In this document: in pieces, positions 38,654 through 52,272 of the stretch
Position numbering within the stretch: the stretch's first letter is position 1
How the letters are laid out: each line of letters starts with the position of its first letter
DNA from: Octopus vulgaris
Taxonomy: Eukaryota
Assembly: GCA_951406725.2 (NCBI GenBank)
Contig: OX597815.1
Location: 35,588,001 to 35,652,000 of the forward strand
DNA: 64,000 nucleotides
Direction of reading: 5' to 3'
Program-made: the position numbers and the translations under genes
Notes under the pieces: model-generated
Told to the model about the DNA's origin: nothing
The model's input: only the letters and a program-made list of their open reading frames with translations
The model's database searches: none

Positions 38654-39683
38654 AACGGTGGTTATCATAGCAGCATTGCCTTTGACCATCGTCCACTCGA
38701 TTCAGTTGGAATCGTCGGGAAAAACAACCTAATCTGCTAGAGTGTATTTTAGTCATATTTACTAGTTATTCCTATCAGCACTACATACAGCACCTAACAG
38801 CCAATACTGTTTCTAGCATCTCCAAAACAATGCCATAACAATCGTTACCACCACTACTGTCACCATCACCACCAAAAGGAATCAGGGAACTTCTGTCTGA
38901 TCAATCGACCTGTTAGAAACTGAAACCAAGTTTCCCTCAAACCATACCCGCCTTTCTTGAAATTCTAAGAAGGAGAAATTAGATAATGCAATCTTAGATA
39001 CACTATATTCGATAAAAAACGGTATGGTCAAGTTTGGGACACCTTTGATCATAGGTTTAACGCCACCGAGGCTGACTTGGAGCAAAACAGTAAGAACAAC
39101 ATTAACAAAGCAACAACAACCCAACTACAATCATTACAAATGCCATTGCGACACCTTCTACCACAACCGCTAACCCACCATGACCATCAACATCACCATC
39201 ACCACTGTCATAACCACCATAACTACCTAGCAACAACCCAAACACCACCACCACCACCATCACTGTATTCATCATCATCATCGCTATCAACACTATGAAA
39301 ATGTCCTATAACTTGTATCGGATCGTTATAATTCGAACCCCGTCTTCGTGGCATTTCCTATGGGTCAATCATGCCCTTATCGACTAAGGAGGGGAAAATC
39401 TCAAATACGAGATGCAGCTGAAACCAAATGGCTTAATCAGGTATCGAAACTGCATCACATTTACTCCAAAGGACTTTACTAATGTGTGGTTGGTAATATT
39501 AGTGCATTTGTTGCCCAGTTTAACACCAACATCTGGTCCTTGGAGGGCTTTAACAGTGTCCGATTACCTGACTGGGGCTAAACAACAATAACTATTAAAA
39601 GTACCAGCAATACACTTTCTATCCAACAACACTGCACTATCACTATTAATATTAGTCTTCAATCCCAATACACCACCAATCAA

Positions 39684-39763
<80 letters not shown>

Positions 39764-40186
39764 ATACTACTACTAATACCATGAAAACAATGATCCAATC
39801 ACTGTCATCATCATCATCATTGTTATAATCGCGACCACACGCCCCATAACTCCCTAACAACAATACACCACCATCACTCACCAATGAAATTTCACAACCA
39901 ACACCACTCCCCGCCCACAATAATGCCCCTACTTTTACTACTACTACTACTACCACCACCACCACCACCACCACCACCATCACCATTCCTCATCAGATAT
40001 TCGGATTGCATGTATTAGAACTGAGTTTCAGCTTTGAAGATAACTCAATGTATCGAGGCATTGCTTCTAGGAAACGTTCACTGGTCCTACAAAAAATAGC
40101 GTTCAAATCTCTTTCAAATCACACCCTAGAGGATCAAGAGAAGAAGGATATATTGAGAAATGTAGTCCTAGATACACCATATCTGA

Positions 40187-40217
<31 letters not shown>

Positions 40218-40571
40218 CCACAGTATGATCAAGGCTACAGCCTAATTTGATCATGGCTCATCAAACAGAGGTAAAACAAGAGCGACAAGGATAACTATCT
40301 AAGGAGGAGGAAGAGGAGGAGGACAGCAACAATAACAATTACAACAGCTAAAAGTCACAAGTCATGATTTCTACCTCCAGTCGCAGGGAAGCTTTGCAAA
40401 GGTCGTGGGTGGTGCTCTTCCTCCTCTGACTAGGCCATAAAATATAAATTTAATTAAAAATGTCCTTGTTTAATAATACATTTACATGTGCGTGTGTATG
40501 CACGCGCGCGCGTGTATTTATATATGTGTATATCTATATAAATATGTATACATATATACATGTATGCATAT

Positions 40572-40875
40572 ATTGTTTGTTCCTTCTCGAGCCACCCCTG
40601 GCTCATAAGGGCAGGTTTCCCGGTTTCCTTAGCGTATAAGTACCCCACCTAGACGGGACGCCGGTCCGTCGCAGATGAACTGCAAGATGCAGGAGGAAAG
40701 ATGAGAGAAAGTTGTGGCGAAAGAGTCAGCAGAGGTTCACCATTACCTTCTGCCGGATCTGCGTGGAGCTTAGGTGTTTCGCTCATAAACACACACGTCG
40801 CCCGGTCTGAGATTCGAACCCGCGATCCCTCGACCGCGAGTCCGCTGCTCTAACCACTAGGCCATGTGCCTCCAC
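40572..40875 (-). mobile_element. SINE family B, tail type 2
   Basis: Homologous to 11259-11549. Confidence 0.88.
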
Positions 40876-40978
40876 ATGCATATATGTATGTATGCATGTA
40901 TGTATGTATGTATGTATGTATGTATGTATGTATGTATGTATGTATGTATGTATGTATGTATGTATGTATGTGCATGTA

Positions 40979-41019
<41 letters not shown>

Positions 41020-41200
41020 CATGATAGACCGCTAACCATTATACATTCTTCATTTTCTCTCCTTGTTTCTTTTTGTGGAAGAGCGCAGGCTCGAAACGTT
41101 AAAAACTTTTTCACTTCCCGAGCGTTATACTAATACATCTGTTTGTTGTCTACACCACCTGCCTTCGTCTTAAATTTGTTTGTTTTTTGTGAATTCACCC
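41020..41200 (+). repeat. Probable Penelope pLTR remnant between (TA)n tracts
   Basis: gaagagc-gcag-gctcgaaacgtt resembles hammerhead stem II plus GAAAC; CUGA is lost. Confidence 0.45.
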
Positions 41201-41231
<31 letters not shown>

Positions 41232-42064
41232 GACACACACACAAACACATACACGCAAACATACACACACACACATACACGCACACATATACATATGTAT
41301 ATAATCACCACCATCGAGATGGCTATCAAGGCCGCCGTCACTACTTCCACCAACACCAATATCATCTTCAAAACCACCAACAGCGAAGTCAAGGTTTTAT
41401 TGTTTCTTTACAACAGTCGTTGAAACTAAAATCGCAAGACACTTGTGTCACTCTCTTTCTCTCTACTATTATATCTTGTTCACCTTCCTTTCTTCCTCTC
41501 TCTCAATTACTTCTTATTACTTGACCTTTCTTTATATTCATTCTTTTTAAGTGAAATTATACTTCATTTACGTCATCGGATGCCATATGTTGCCAAATGT
41601 CTGCATGCGTGCGCCTGTATGACTGTGAATATGTATATGAAAATAATGTGTACGAGTATATGTGTGCATGTGTACATGTGCACGTACGTGTCTGTGTGTG
41701 TAGGTTAAAGATGCACACGTGCTTCATAGTAAGCCTTTTGATTCATTTAGAAAAGGAAAACGAGGAATTTTTTTTTTGAAGTGTCCAATAATTAATTAGA
41801 ATTTAACGAAAACTATAACAATAAATATCTGTGTAGGAAATAAAATGAGATGGTGGGGTATCTCGAACATCATTTAGGAGACACACGGACGCACACGCAC
41901 AGTTATGGCAAAACATAAGTCTGTATGTATGCAAATAGTGATAAATCTTATTGCTTCCCAAGCACATATTTCCAGGTTCAGTACCACTGCATGCCACCTA
42001 CAATCTCGGGTCGACAAAAGTCTTGCGAGTGGATTTGGTGGACAGAAATTGAAAGAAGCCCGTC

Positions 42065-42101
<37 letters not shown>

Positions 42102-42132
42102 CAAAATAAGCAACAAGGATATCCATAGTTAA

Positions 42133-42224
42133 TGCAATACGATCGTTTCATGCGACTCCATTTAACTGATCAATGTAATCATTTCATTACATCAATTTAA
42201 AATGTAGAGCAATCTTCAGCTGCA
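42133..42224 (-). ncRNA. Type I hammerhead motif (left arm)
   Basis: Mirror of 42423-42514; CUGAAGA and GAAAC-GAUC-GUA intact. Confidence 0.65.
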
Positions 42225-42422
42225 CAAAGACATAGAATTTAATTAAATTAGAAGGACACATTAGTATAATTTTACCTAAAATCTCCAACAGGATAAGGAG
42301 ATAGACAAAAAACATGTTTTACCAACATCATAGTTGTAACTTATCATAGTTGTAACTACACATTAGGTATAATTATACTAATGTGTCCATCTGTTCTAAT
42401 TTAATTAAATTCTATGTCTTTG

Positions 42423-42514
42423 TGCAGCTGAAGATTGCTCTACATTGTAATTTGATGTAATGAAATGATTGCATTGATCAGTTAAATGGAGTCGCATGAA
42501 ACGATCGTATTGCA
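42423..42514 (+). ncRNA. Type I hammerhead motif (right arm)
   Basis: Helix I ugcag/uugca; CUGAAGA 42428-42434; stem II uugc/gcau (U-U at the base); GAAAC-GAUC-GUA. Confidence 0.68.
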
Positions 42515-43252
42515 TTACCTCTGGATATCCTTGTTGCTTATTTTGATTTAAATCACTTTATTTTGAAATTGTATGGATAATACCGTACTAAATTCTGGTG
42601 CCTCAACCTAAGTACCATATTCATCTGAATCTAAATTTATATATATATATATATATATAATGTGTGTGTTTGTCACCCACCACCGCTTTCCAACCGGTGT
42701 TGGTGTGTTTACGTCCCCGTAACTTAGTGGTTCGAGAAAGGGATTAATAGAATAAGTACCAGGCTTTAAAAAAATTGTACTGAGGTCGACTCATTCGACT
42801 AAAAATTCTACAAGTCGGTGCCCCAGCATGGCTGCAGTCTAATAACTGAAGCAAGTAATAGATAAAAAGAATAGATGATTTGCCATAAACATCCCCAAGA
42901 AATAACGATAAAATAAATCAAATATTAATCAATGGCATAGTTAGTGTGTGCGGCCCGAAACAGCCCTTGTTTCCCCACCTGCTCACGGCCCCACCAATCT
43001 TATACAGGCTTATACAACAAACTCAAAATACCGCCCCACCATAATAGCGTCGCCCGGACGAACCGTCTCCAAGTACCCGCTCCCTAACTATTCTATTGAT
43101 ATTAATTCATGAGGTTCATGCAGAACCGTGAGACTCCAAACAATAATTTGTCTGTCCATTCTAAATACGTTCTGGAAGATTCTGGTCGCAGTTATTTTTC
43201 ATCATTGGAGAACATTTCCTTTTCGATAACGTCAATGACCAGTGTAAAAGAA

Positions 43253-43304
43253 CTTAGCGACATCGTGGTGTTTCAACCTTTTTGAGTGTCTCCTCAGATA
43301 AAGC
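43253..43304 (-). ncRNA. Type I hammerhead motif (weak helix I)
   Basis: CUGAGGA-GAC...GUU-GAAAC-ACCACGAU-GUC; diverged inverted relative at about 43557-43595. Confidence 0.55.
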
Positions 43305-44413
43305 TACCCGGACCGATAATTCTAAAAGGAGTACAGGCCCTTGTTTATAGAAATCAGCAAACAAATTATTTACTGGTATATGTTTATGTCTGCGAAACAG
43401 ATGATAATTCATGAGGCACACACAAAAAGCGAGAATCCAAACAAAAAAGTATGTATTCATTCTCAAGGCATTTTGAACACAAACATCTTGTTCTTTTTGT
43501 TATTGGAGAAGAGCCTGTATTCTTGTTAGATTCATCGGGCTGACGGAGTAGCTTCGACTGAGATGCTCAATAAGGTCGAAACACCGTGGTTTCTCATGTT
43601 CCCTTACATTTGTGAATTGCATGTGTTTTGAACAGACATCGACTAAAGAGAGATATTCTCAGACAAAAAAGAAAAAAAACCACAAAGATCAGATATTCTC
43701 ATTAGAAACTTCTAGGATATAGGGTGCACTGAGTATGAATAAATACATCATTGTAAATCAAATATCTTAAATGAATCTATGAATGGATGACATCTTAACT
43801 ACGATGTAAATGATGGTTTTAATAAGAAAAGCTACAAGAAAAATATAGACAACAAAATAGAGTAAGAACATAAGTAAGAAATTAGTGGTGACGAATAAAA
43901 GCTAAACAGAAATTATTCATCACAACGGCTTTCATTCAACATGTTCAGTCTATGTATCTAAGATCTGAATGAAAGACATCGTTTTCTACAGAGGCATGCC
44001 ACCTACATCATCGCATGTCTGTTGACTCTGTCTATGAAGAATAGATGGTGCTGTTGTTTGCTTCCATATCAGCGCATTTGTTTGTGTGTGAATGTATGCA
44101 TGTGTATTTGTATATGTAAGCGTGTGCGTCAAGAATCGTGTCTGTTTGTCTCTTACGAAGAGAGAAAATATGGCAATCGCTGATTCCAGTCATTGTTTGA
44201 ATACACTTAATCTGGTTCTTTGCGTTCTGAGTTCAAATCCTGTTATAGCCTAGATGTGTGGTAGACTTCATTCGTCGCCCAGTTTAATACCATCACTTAA
44301 TTCTTGGCTACCTTTAATTGAGTCTATTCTATTGCAAGAATTCAGGCCACAGTGTCTCCTGCTTGATGATAACAGTATGTCTGTTTGTCTGTCTGTCTCT
44401 GTCTCTGTCTGTC

Positions 44414-44487
<74 letters not shown>

Positions 44488-44873
44488 GTCCCGTAGATCC
44501 TATAAAGATTCTTTCCTGACAGAAAGATTTAAAAAAAAAACCGCCTTCGAATGTCGTATCATTTCCTTTTGATGGTAACTACTAGCGTCGAATTACACAA
44601 ATCATTAGAATCATGAGAGCGGAGCAAGAGCTCCTTGCAAACTATTCCTTGGTTGATAACCAGGGAAAGATACACATCCAGAGAAGTTGCGCAGCTTTAG
44701 AGCAAAAGATCATCAGACGAAAAACTTTGGCTTATCAGCAGAAGGTCCATGCATGGCTATGTTGTCAGAAAACTTCAACGTGAGATAGAGAGAGGTGGGG
44801 AGCCAAAGAGACAGAGATAACTAGAACACTCTATTTATCAAGCAACTGTTATATTAGCTCTTTGAACGGTATA

Positions 44874-45027
44874 AGTAGCGTAGCTGGGGGAGGGGGTCAG
44901 CCCCGGGCGACGCTTTTATGGGCAACATTTTTGGATCTACTGTAAAAGCTTGAATAGGCTTGGGAGCTCGGAAGGTTTGCACATTCTAGGCTTGCCTTGG
45001 GAGGCACACACTCAAGCTACTCCACTG
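44874..45027. mobile_element. Small MITE (CAGTGGCGTAGC-type ends)
   Basis: Imperfect TIRs agtagcgtagct / agctactccactg. Confidence 0.5.
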
Positions 45028-45754
45028 AGTGCATTTACAGGATCTAGTTTTTTCCTTTGCAAAATATGCATTTTGTTTTTAAAAAGAAGTAAAAAATCTT
45101 AAAATCGCCTATATTAATGTAGCCTACCAGTCTCACTGCTTTGAAGGTATGATGATGTGGAGAATAAAGTTACAGAGGTTTAAAAATCGAAAAAAAAAAA
45201 CTGTATTTATAGCTAATAGCGAGACAGAATTTCTTTTTTTTCTTTTTTTTTTCTTTTTTTTTTTTTTGCGTTTAGCGGAGCGGTGTCGACTTCAAGGTTG
45301 TACCCTGTGAAATTTATAGTTTAGCGTCTGACCTGTACATTGTAGGTTTCTAAATAAACAGAAATACCTAATAAAATCAACATGTATCATCTTACTATTT
45401 CTTTTGTCTCTTCATTCATTGTATTTTTTATTATTTTTTAAAAATTTGCTATATTAATATATTTGTCTGAATACCCTAACCACTAAGCCACGCGCTTTCA
45501 CATGTTCCTGTTGAAGCCTGTCTAAAACTTTATTTGTCCATTTGTGTACCAATCATGTAAAGTTGGACTTCATGAAACCTGAAAAGTCACGACTAATTAT
45601 GAAATTAATTTACAATTCACTAATAGAAAAGTGAAAATATGTAAAGCATTCCAAAAAATTTAGACCTTTGTAGATACATATTCATGCGCAGAGACCTAAA
45701 AGCATATACGGTAAAACATACAGAACCACACATGCAATAACACCATGCGTGCAC

Positions 45755-45785
<31 letters not shown>

Positions 45786-47067
45786 TGTATGTATGTATGT
45801 ATGTATGTATGTATGTATGTATGTATGCATACATACATACATACATGCATACATACATACATGTGTATATGTATATACACACATACATGTGTATGTGTGA
45901 AAAAAATATATATAAATACACACATACATTTATATATGCATACATGGCTAGCTAGTTAATGTTTTCTAAATTCCATTGAAAACAGACTTTTTTCAGTTTG
46001 CAAACCGGCTCTTTTTCTATTGGTGAGAAATTTTAATGATAAAGCCAGGCGATCATACATACATACATACATACATACATACATACATACATACATACAT
46101 ACATACCTTATGCGTATTTCAGTATTATGTATACATGTCATGTATTTGCGTACATCGTTAATGTATGTGTGCGTGTGTGTGTGTGTGTGAAAGGGGCATT
46201 TGTCTTCAAAACTCCAAAGTTGAGTAACGTTTTTCATACTTGGATTTGTAAACTACGGTAAGAGTAACACTGGTCAACAAAGAATTTGTCCCAAAGAAAA
46301 GAATACCTGTAACTCGTGTGTTTTTGCATGCAGAATTCAAAAATAATGTCAAATTATCTGTATCACCAACAGTTTCTCTGTTCCCCGATGTCCCTCTCAG
46401 TTCCTGTTACGTAGGCTAAATTTCAGTTAAGCTGTTGAAACGTGAAGCTAACGGTTTAAGAAATACTCTTAATTTAGATTTTTATGAATAGAATTAACCT
46501 AGTGAAATCATAAATCCAGCTGAGTCAATGAGTCCCGAAAGAAGAATCAAGTGTGAAAAATCAACACAGACAACAGTGAACCACAATACAGCGTGCGGTT
46601 GTCATGGTAACAAGCTGCTAATGTCACGCCGTCTGTTGATTGGCTAAAATTACCCAAATTTCCCAACTTTAATTCCAAATAACGTCAGATTTTAAAATTT
46701 ACGTGATATAGTAATTGGTTGATCGTAATCAACATTCAAAATTGCATCGATACGCCCAAACTGAAAGCAATCTGAGCAAAATTATTTTCCTAACACAGAA
46801 AATAACAAAATACATGATGCAGAAAAAGGATAGAGACGCAGATTAAAAAACACCTGAATACACTTTCGTGGGAATTGATACTTTATATGTCACACATATC
46901 ATAAGTAATTATCTAGAGAGGCCTCCTGATGCTATCTACGTATGAAGCATAATGAGGTGGCTAAACACGGCACGTTGCGAAAATGACAGTCCTGGAGAGG
47001 AAAGGAATTTCAGTGATGTAAAGAGCGATATCCATAAAAAGGAATACGCGTGGAATATTTCTGTTTC

Positions 47068-47376
47068 TGGCACTCAGTCGATTACGACGACGAGGGCTCA
47101 ACGGAACCGCCAGCTCGTGGAATTAACGTGCAAGTGACTGAGCACTCCATAGACACGTGTGCCCTTAACGTAGTTTTCGGGGAGATGCAGCATGACACAG
47201 AATGTGACAAGGCTGGCCCTTTCAAATACAGGTACTACTCATTTTTGCCAGCTGAGTGGACTGGGGCAACGTGAAATAAAGTATCTTGCTCAAGGACACA
47301 ATGCGGCGCCGGGCGGGAATCGAACTCACGACCTTACAACCGTGAGCCGAATACCCTAACCACTAAGACACACGCT
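47068..47376 (-). mobile_element. tRNA-derived CORE-type SINE with family-B type-1 tail
   Basis: cttagtggttagg A-box, gagttcgattccc B-box, CORE-like ttgtgtccttgagcaagatacttt, then the same 3' tail as 14892-15277. Confidence 0.8.
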
Positions 47377-47904
47377 TTCACATGTTCCTGTTGAACCTCT
47401 GCAAAATGAAGGCACAGCAAATTTGACAATGATCCGGAACGAAGAAAAAGTGCACATTAGTCGCATTCAATTGTCGGTTGTCTTGCAGATTTAAAGAAAA
47501 AAAGGAAAGCCTGTCTAAAACTTTATCTGTCCACCTGTGAATATATTGGCCTGCCTCAGTACCAATCATGTAAAGGTGGAATTCATGAAACCAGAAAAGT
47601 TACGACTAATTATGAAATTAATTTACAATTCACTAATAGAAAAGTGAAAATATGTAAAACATTCGAAAAATTTAGACCTTTGTAGATACATTATATTCAC
47701 GCGCAGAGACCTGAAAGCATATACGGTAAAATATACAGAACCACACATGCAATAACATCCATGCGTGCACACATATATGTGTGTATATATACATACATAC
47801 ATACATACATACATACATACATACATACGTGTGTATGTGTATATAAACACACATACATGTGTATGTGTGAAAAAATATATATGCATATATATATATATAT
47901 ATAT

Positions 47905-48218
47905 CACCGTGATCACCGTGATCACCGTGACCGACCAGGCTATCAGATGTAGTTACACATCGCTGGTCACAATGTGTTCGCATTGTTTTAGCCTTCGAAT
48001 GACGCCACCCCGCTGGCTATGCGAGCAGGCCAACAGAAGAAAGAGTGAGAGAAAGTTGTGGTGAAAGAGTACAGCAGGGATCACCACCCCCTGCCGGAGC
48101 CTCGTGGAGCTTTTAGGTGTTTTTGCTCAATAAACACTCACAACGCCCGGTCTAGGATATCGAAACCGCGATCCTACGACCGCGAGTCTGCTGCCCTAAC
48201 CACTAGGCCATTGTGCCT
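47905..48218 (-). mobile_element. SINE family B, tail type 3
   Basis: Family-B head and body, different tail ending (cacggtgat)n. Confidence 0.8.
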
Positions 48219-48509
48219 TTGCAAACTGAAAAAAGTCTTTTTTCAATGGAATTTAGAAAACATTAACTAGCTAGCCATGTGTGCATGTATAAATGTGTGC
48301 TTGTATTCATATGTATATGCATACATATTGATATATATATATATATTTATATATATGTATTATATATACATATATATAAATATATATATTTATCAATATG
48401 TATGCATATACATATAAATACAAGCACACATTTATACATGCACACATGGCTAGCTTGTTAATGTTTTCTAAATTCCATTGAAAAAAGACTATTTTTTTCA
48501 GTTTGCAAA
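48218..48509. repeat. Near-perfect palindrome of about 290 bp
   Basis: tttgcaaactgaaaaaagtc...catattgata mirrored about a TA-rich centre near 48362. Confidence 0.92.
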
Positions 48510-48850
48510 CCGGCTCTTTTTCTATTGGTGAGAAATTTTAATGATAAAGCCAGGCGATCGTACATACATACATACATACATACATACATACATACATACA
48601 TGCATGCATGCATGCATACATACATACATACATACATACATACATACATACATACATACATACATACATACATACATACACTAATTACACGAGTGCGAAC
48701 AACATCCACACATCCACCCACATATACGCACACCATATATTCACACATACCCACGAATCCTAAGAACTGTCTTGATTCAAACAAACAAGCCTTATCAGTT
48801 TCTTAGTAATCGGCTTCATTTCTCCAAAATAGAACTTAACTATTACTTAA

Positions 48851-48916
<66 letters not shown>

Positions 48917-49084
48917 TACAGTCGAATAAAGAAAATTTGGACCTCGGAACTCTACATTCAATAAAGCAGAGGCCCACAATGTGTTTACAGTGCCAGTGCT
49001 CATGCCGACATTCGGGCCGCTTAATGAGATCCGAGCCATTGATGTGAAAACCCGAAAAAATACTAACCAGCACACATAATTTCC

Positions 49085-50550
49085 ACTTCGACAGTGACTC
49101 AGTCCGCCTCTAACGAAAACGAGGCGGCAAAAGATTCACATCGATCCAGACTGCCTTTGAATGTTGTTTCATATCCCATCGGCAACTCTTGTCGAAGTGC
49201 ATCACTTGACAAAGTTTGTATTCATGACGCTGATAACATCATAAGACACGGAAAGCAGCTCATTGAGCAGCACTCCTTGTCTGATAACCTTCAATACTTG
49301 CCCAAAGAAGTCACACGACTCTACTGCTATGTATCATCAGATGAAAATATGAAAGTATGTCAGCAGGATATGTTAATATATTTATTTCTTTACTACCCTC
49401 AGTGGGCTTAACACAGAGGTGACAAACAAGGACAAACGGACCAAGTCGATTAGATCGACCCCAGTGCGTAACTGGTACTTATTTAATCGACCCCGAAAGG
49501 ATGAAAGGTAAAGTCGACCTCGGCGGAATTTTAACTCAGGACGTAACGGTAGACAAGATACCGCGAAGCATTTCGCCCGGTGTGCTAACGATTCTGCCAA
49601 GCTCTGAGATGATAGTAACATTGATCGTCAAAGCAGTCTATCATGGACCGACTAAATTACTACCTCACACTTTGAAGAGTATGCGTTTGCAATCTAGGAA
49701 CAGGGAATATCAACCAAATACCTGATGCACAAAAGGAGCAGAGATACAGGAAAAGCTGCAAAATGTGACAACCGATGCAGACTTTGTGGAGTTAACACCG
49801 AACATATCACCCACATCATAAGCATTTGTCGGAAAATGTAATCACGGTATTATCTACCGATGAGACATGATGTTGTAGCTCGGACACTGTATAATGAAAT
49901 CCGTCGGAAGGATAACCGCGAGGACAAAGAAATAAGAACCCACAGTATGGAGGAAGCCAACGCTACTCATCATAAAAAGGAGACTCGTAGAATGTCCCAG
50001 AGAAAACCTCAATAAAACCTAAACAAATAGACCTGACACAATGATTTGGGATAGAGAAGAGAAACTGTACAGTTCTGGAAATCAGCAGCCCAGCGGATGC
50101 TAACATAAAGCTAAAGATCAGCGAAAAACAAAATACCTACGTTGAAATATTGAGAAATTTGACGCTACTCTATCCAGATTACAAGTTGAGGCTTGTACCT
50201 GTAATTATTGGGACATTGGGATATGTGACACACTACCTAAATGCCAATTTGAGAAATTAGGCTTCTCAAAACTAGAAAAGAAAAAGCTGACTCGAAGACT
50301 GCAGATCCAATCCATCACTGGAACTGTAAAAATCTGTAAAACTTTCCAGAAGTTTATCATTTAAATATACATGAGCATGTCTAGATATGCAACTATAAGC
50401 ACAAGAAAACACACAAATCTGCGCATATACATACATATAAAAATATCCTGTTGATGTTTGTTGAAATTCCAATGAAAGAACCTTGGATCTAGGTTAGAAG
50501 CCGGTTCTTTCTCTATTGGCAAAAAAAAATTTGAAATAAAACTGAATAAT
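49085..50550 (+). mobile_element. RLE-type (R4/Dong/NeSL-like) LINE 3' portion, decayed, with SINE A at 49381-49603
   Basis: RL*RKRGGK, CRLCGVNTEHITHIISIC, RHDVVAR, RPDTMIWDRE, VPVIIGTLG; ends aataaaactgaataat. Related pieces at about 44590-44775 and 54218-54308 (-). Confidence 0.85.
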
Positions 50551-51545
50551 GACATTCATACATACACATATGAATACATATACACATACACACATGCATA
50601 CATACATACATATGTTAGCAACCGGGTTGAACATACATACACACACATATGCATACACCTACATACGTATATACGTACGTACGTACGTATGTATGTATGT
50701 ATGTATGTATGTATGTATGTATCTACGTATATACGTACGTACGTACGTACGTATGTATTGTCTGTCTGTCTGTCTGTATGTATGTATGTATGTATGTTAG
50801 CAACTGGTTTGAACCCTCTCAAGAACTTCAATTAAACTGAAAAATCATACTACGCATATACATGCAAACATGCATGCCTACACGATGGCTGTCTACCATC
50901 CGTGTCAATCTCGTTTACAACTCATGAACCGTAAAGTATTGCTTCAAGTCCGCTAGCGAGTGTTAGTCTTTATTGCATACCGCGCATACCGATCAGTAGC
51001 ATTTATATGAAAAACTGCTTGGTTACCCACAATTCAATCGAATCATACCCGTTCTTCGAGTAGACAACTGAAGCTTGATCAAAATTATTTTACAGGCTCC
51101 TTACGCGTGGGTTGGGTTTTACCTGCTTACTTCTAATTGGTAAACTTATACACGTCACCAAATATCTAACCGTCAATAGACTTTCAAATATTTATATCAA
51201 TGGAAATCGCCTGACAATGTAACGTTAACAAAAGATAACTGTATGGGAACTTTTTATAATGAACTGAGATTGCACTTCACATAATTTACTTTTTTAATTT
51301 TCGGCGGAATAAAAGATTAGGTTTTATATCACACAGTAATTCAACTTTTAATCCTCTCCAAACAAAGAGACCCAGCAGGCGTTTGAATTCAGAATTCTCC
51401 CGCTTTCAAATACTTCCCACAACCACCACTACTACCACCACCACCAAAAGCAAAGAGCTCTATTTACTCCTCTGATAGATACATTTATTCTTGGAGTGCA
51501 AACATAAACAATTGTTGTTGTTTTTTTATCGAACGAGCCTAAATA

Positions 51546-51779
51546 CATATTTCGTTATTACCCACAAGGGGCTAAACATAGAGGGGACAAACAAGGACAG
51601 ACATAGGTATTAAGTCGATTACATCGACCCCAGTGCGTAACTGGTACTTAATTTATCGACCCCGAAAGGATGAAAGGCAAAGTCGACCTCGGCGGAATTT
51701 GAACTCACAACGTAACGTCAAACGAAGTACCGCAAAGCATTTCGCCCGGCGTGCTAACGCTTCTGCCAGCTCGCCGCCT
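51546..51779 (-). mobile_element. SINE family A monomer
   Basis: Head, core and tail. Confidence 0.88.
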
Positions 51780-51899
51780 AAATACAGTTGAAGGAAAGGT
51801 TGGGTATGTAATACAGATTCAACCAGAGCTAGCTGAAGGCATTGGCAACTTAGGCAGTCTCCTAGGGCCATGCGTGCTAGGGGACTCTAAATCATATTC

Positions 51900-52272
51900 T
51901 TTTCTTTTCTTTATTTCTTTTATTTGTTTCAGTCATTTTACTGTGGCCATGCTGGAGCACCGCCTTTAGTCGAGCAAATCGACCCCAGGACTTATTCTTC
52001 GTAAGTCTAGTACTTATTCTATCACTCTCTCTTGCCGAACCGCTAAGTGACGGGGACGTAAACACACCAGCGTCGTTTGTCAAGCGAAGTCGGGGGGACA
52101 AACACAGACACACAAACTTATACACACACACACACACACACATACGACGGGCTTCTTTCAGTTTTCGTCTACCAAATCCGCTCACAAGGCTTTGGTCAGC
52201 CCGAGGTTATAGTAGAAGACACTTGCCCAAGGTGCCACGCAGTGGGACTGAACCCAGAACCATGTGGTTGGA
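51900..52272 (-). mobile_element. SINE family C
   Basis: Homologous to 61707-62118. Confidence 0.88.

Larger units (their letters stand above)
42099..42640. repeat. Inverted Penelope-type pLTR pair (arms 42099-42279 and 42363-42548)
   Basis: Arms of about 180 bp, (TA)n on both outer sides; related single copy at about 60960-61200. Confidence 0.88.
41928..42870 (+). mobile_element. SINE family C split by an insertion in its internal (TA)n
   Basis: 5' half 41928-42066 and 3' half 42660-42870, same orientation. Confidence 0.8.
45468..48600 (+). repeat. Local segmental duplication (about 45468-46100 versus about 47349-47885 plus 48425-48600)
   Basis: Shared unique blocks (gaataccctaaccactaag; aagcctgtctaaaacttt; ggctagct.gttaatgttttctaaattcc...gccaggcgatc). 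The second copy is interrupted by a SINE and a foldback. Confidence 0.85.

Noticed and set aside
39077-39986. His/Pro-rich and poly-Val ORFs
   Set aside because: Trinucleotide repeats (CAC, CAT, TAC) without splice or domain support.
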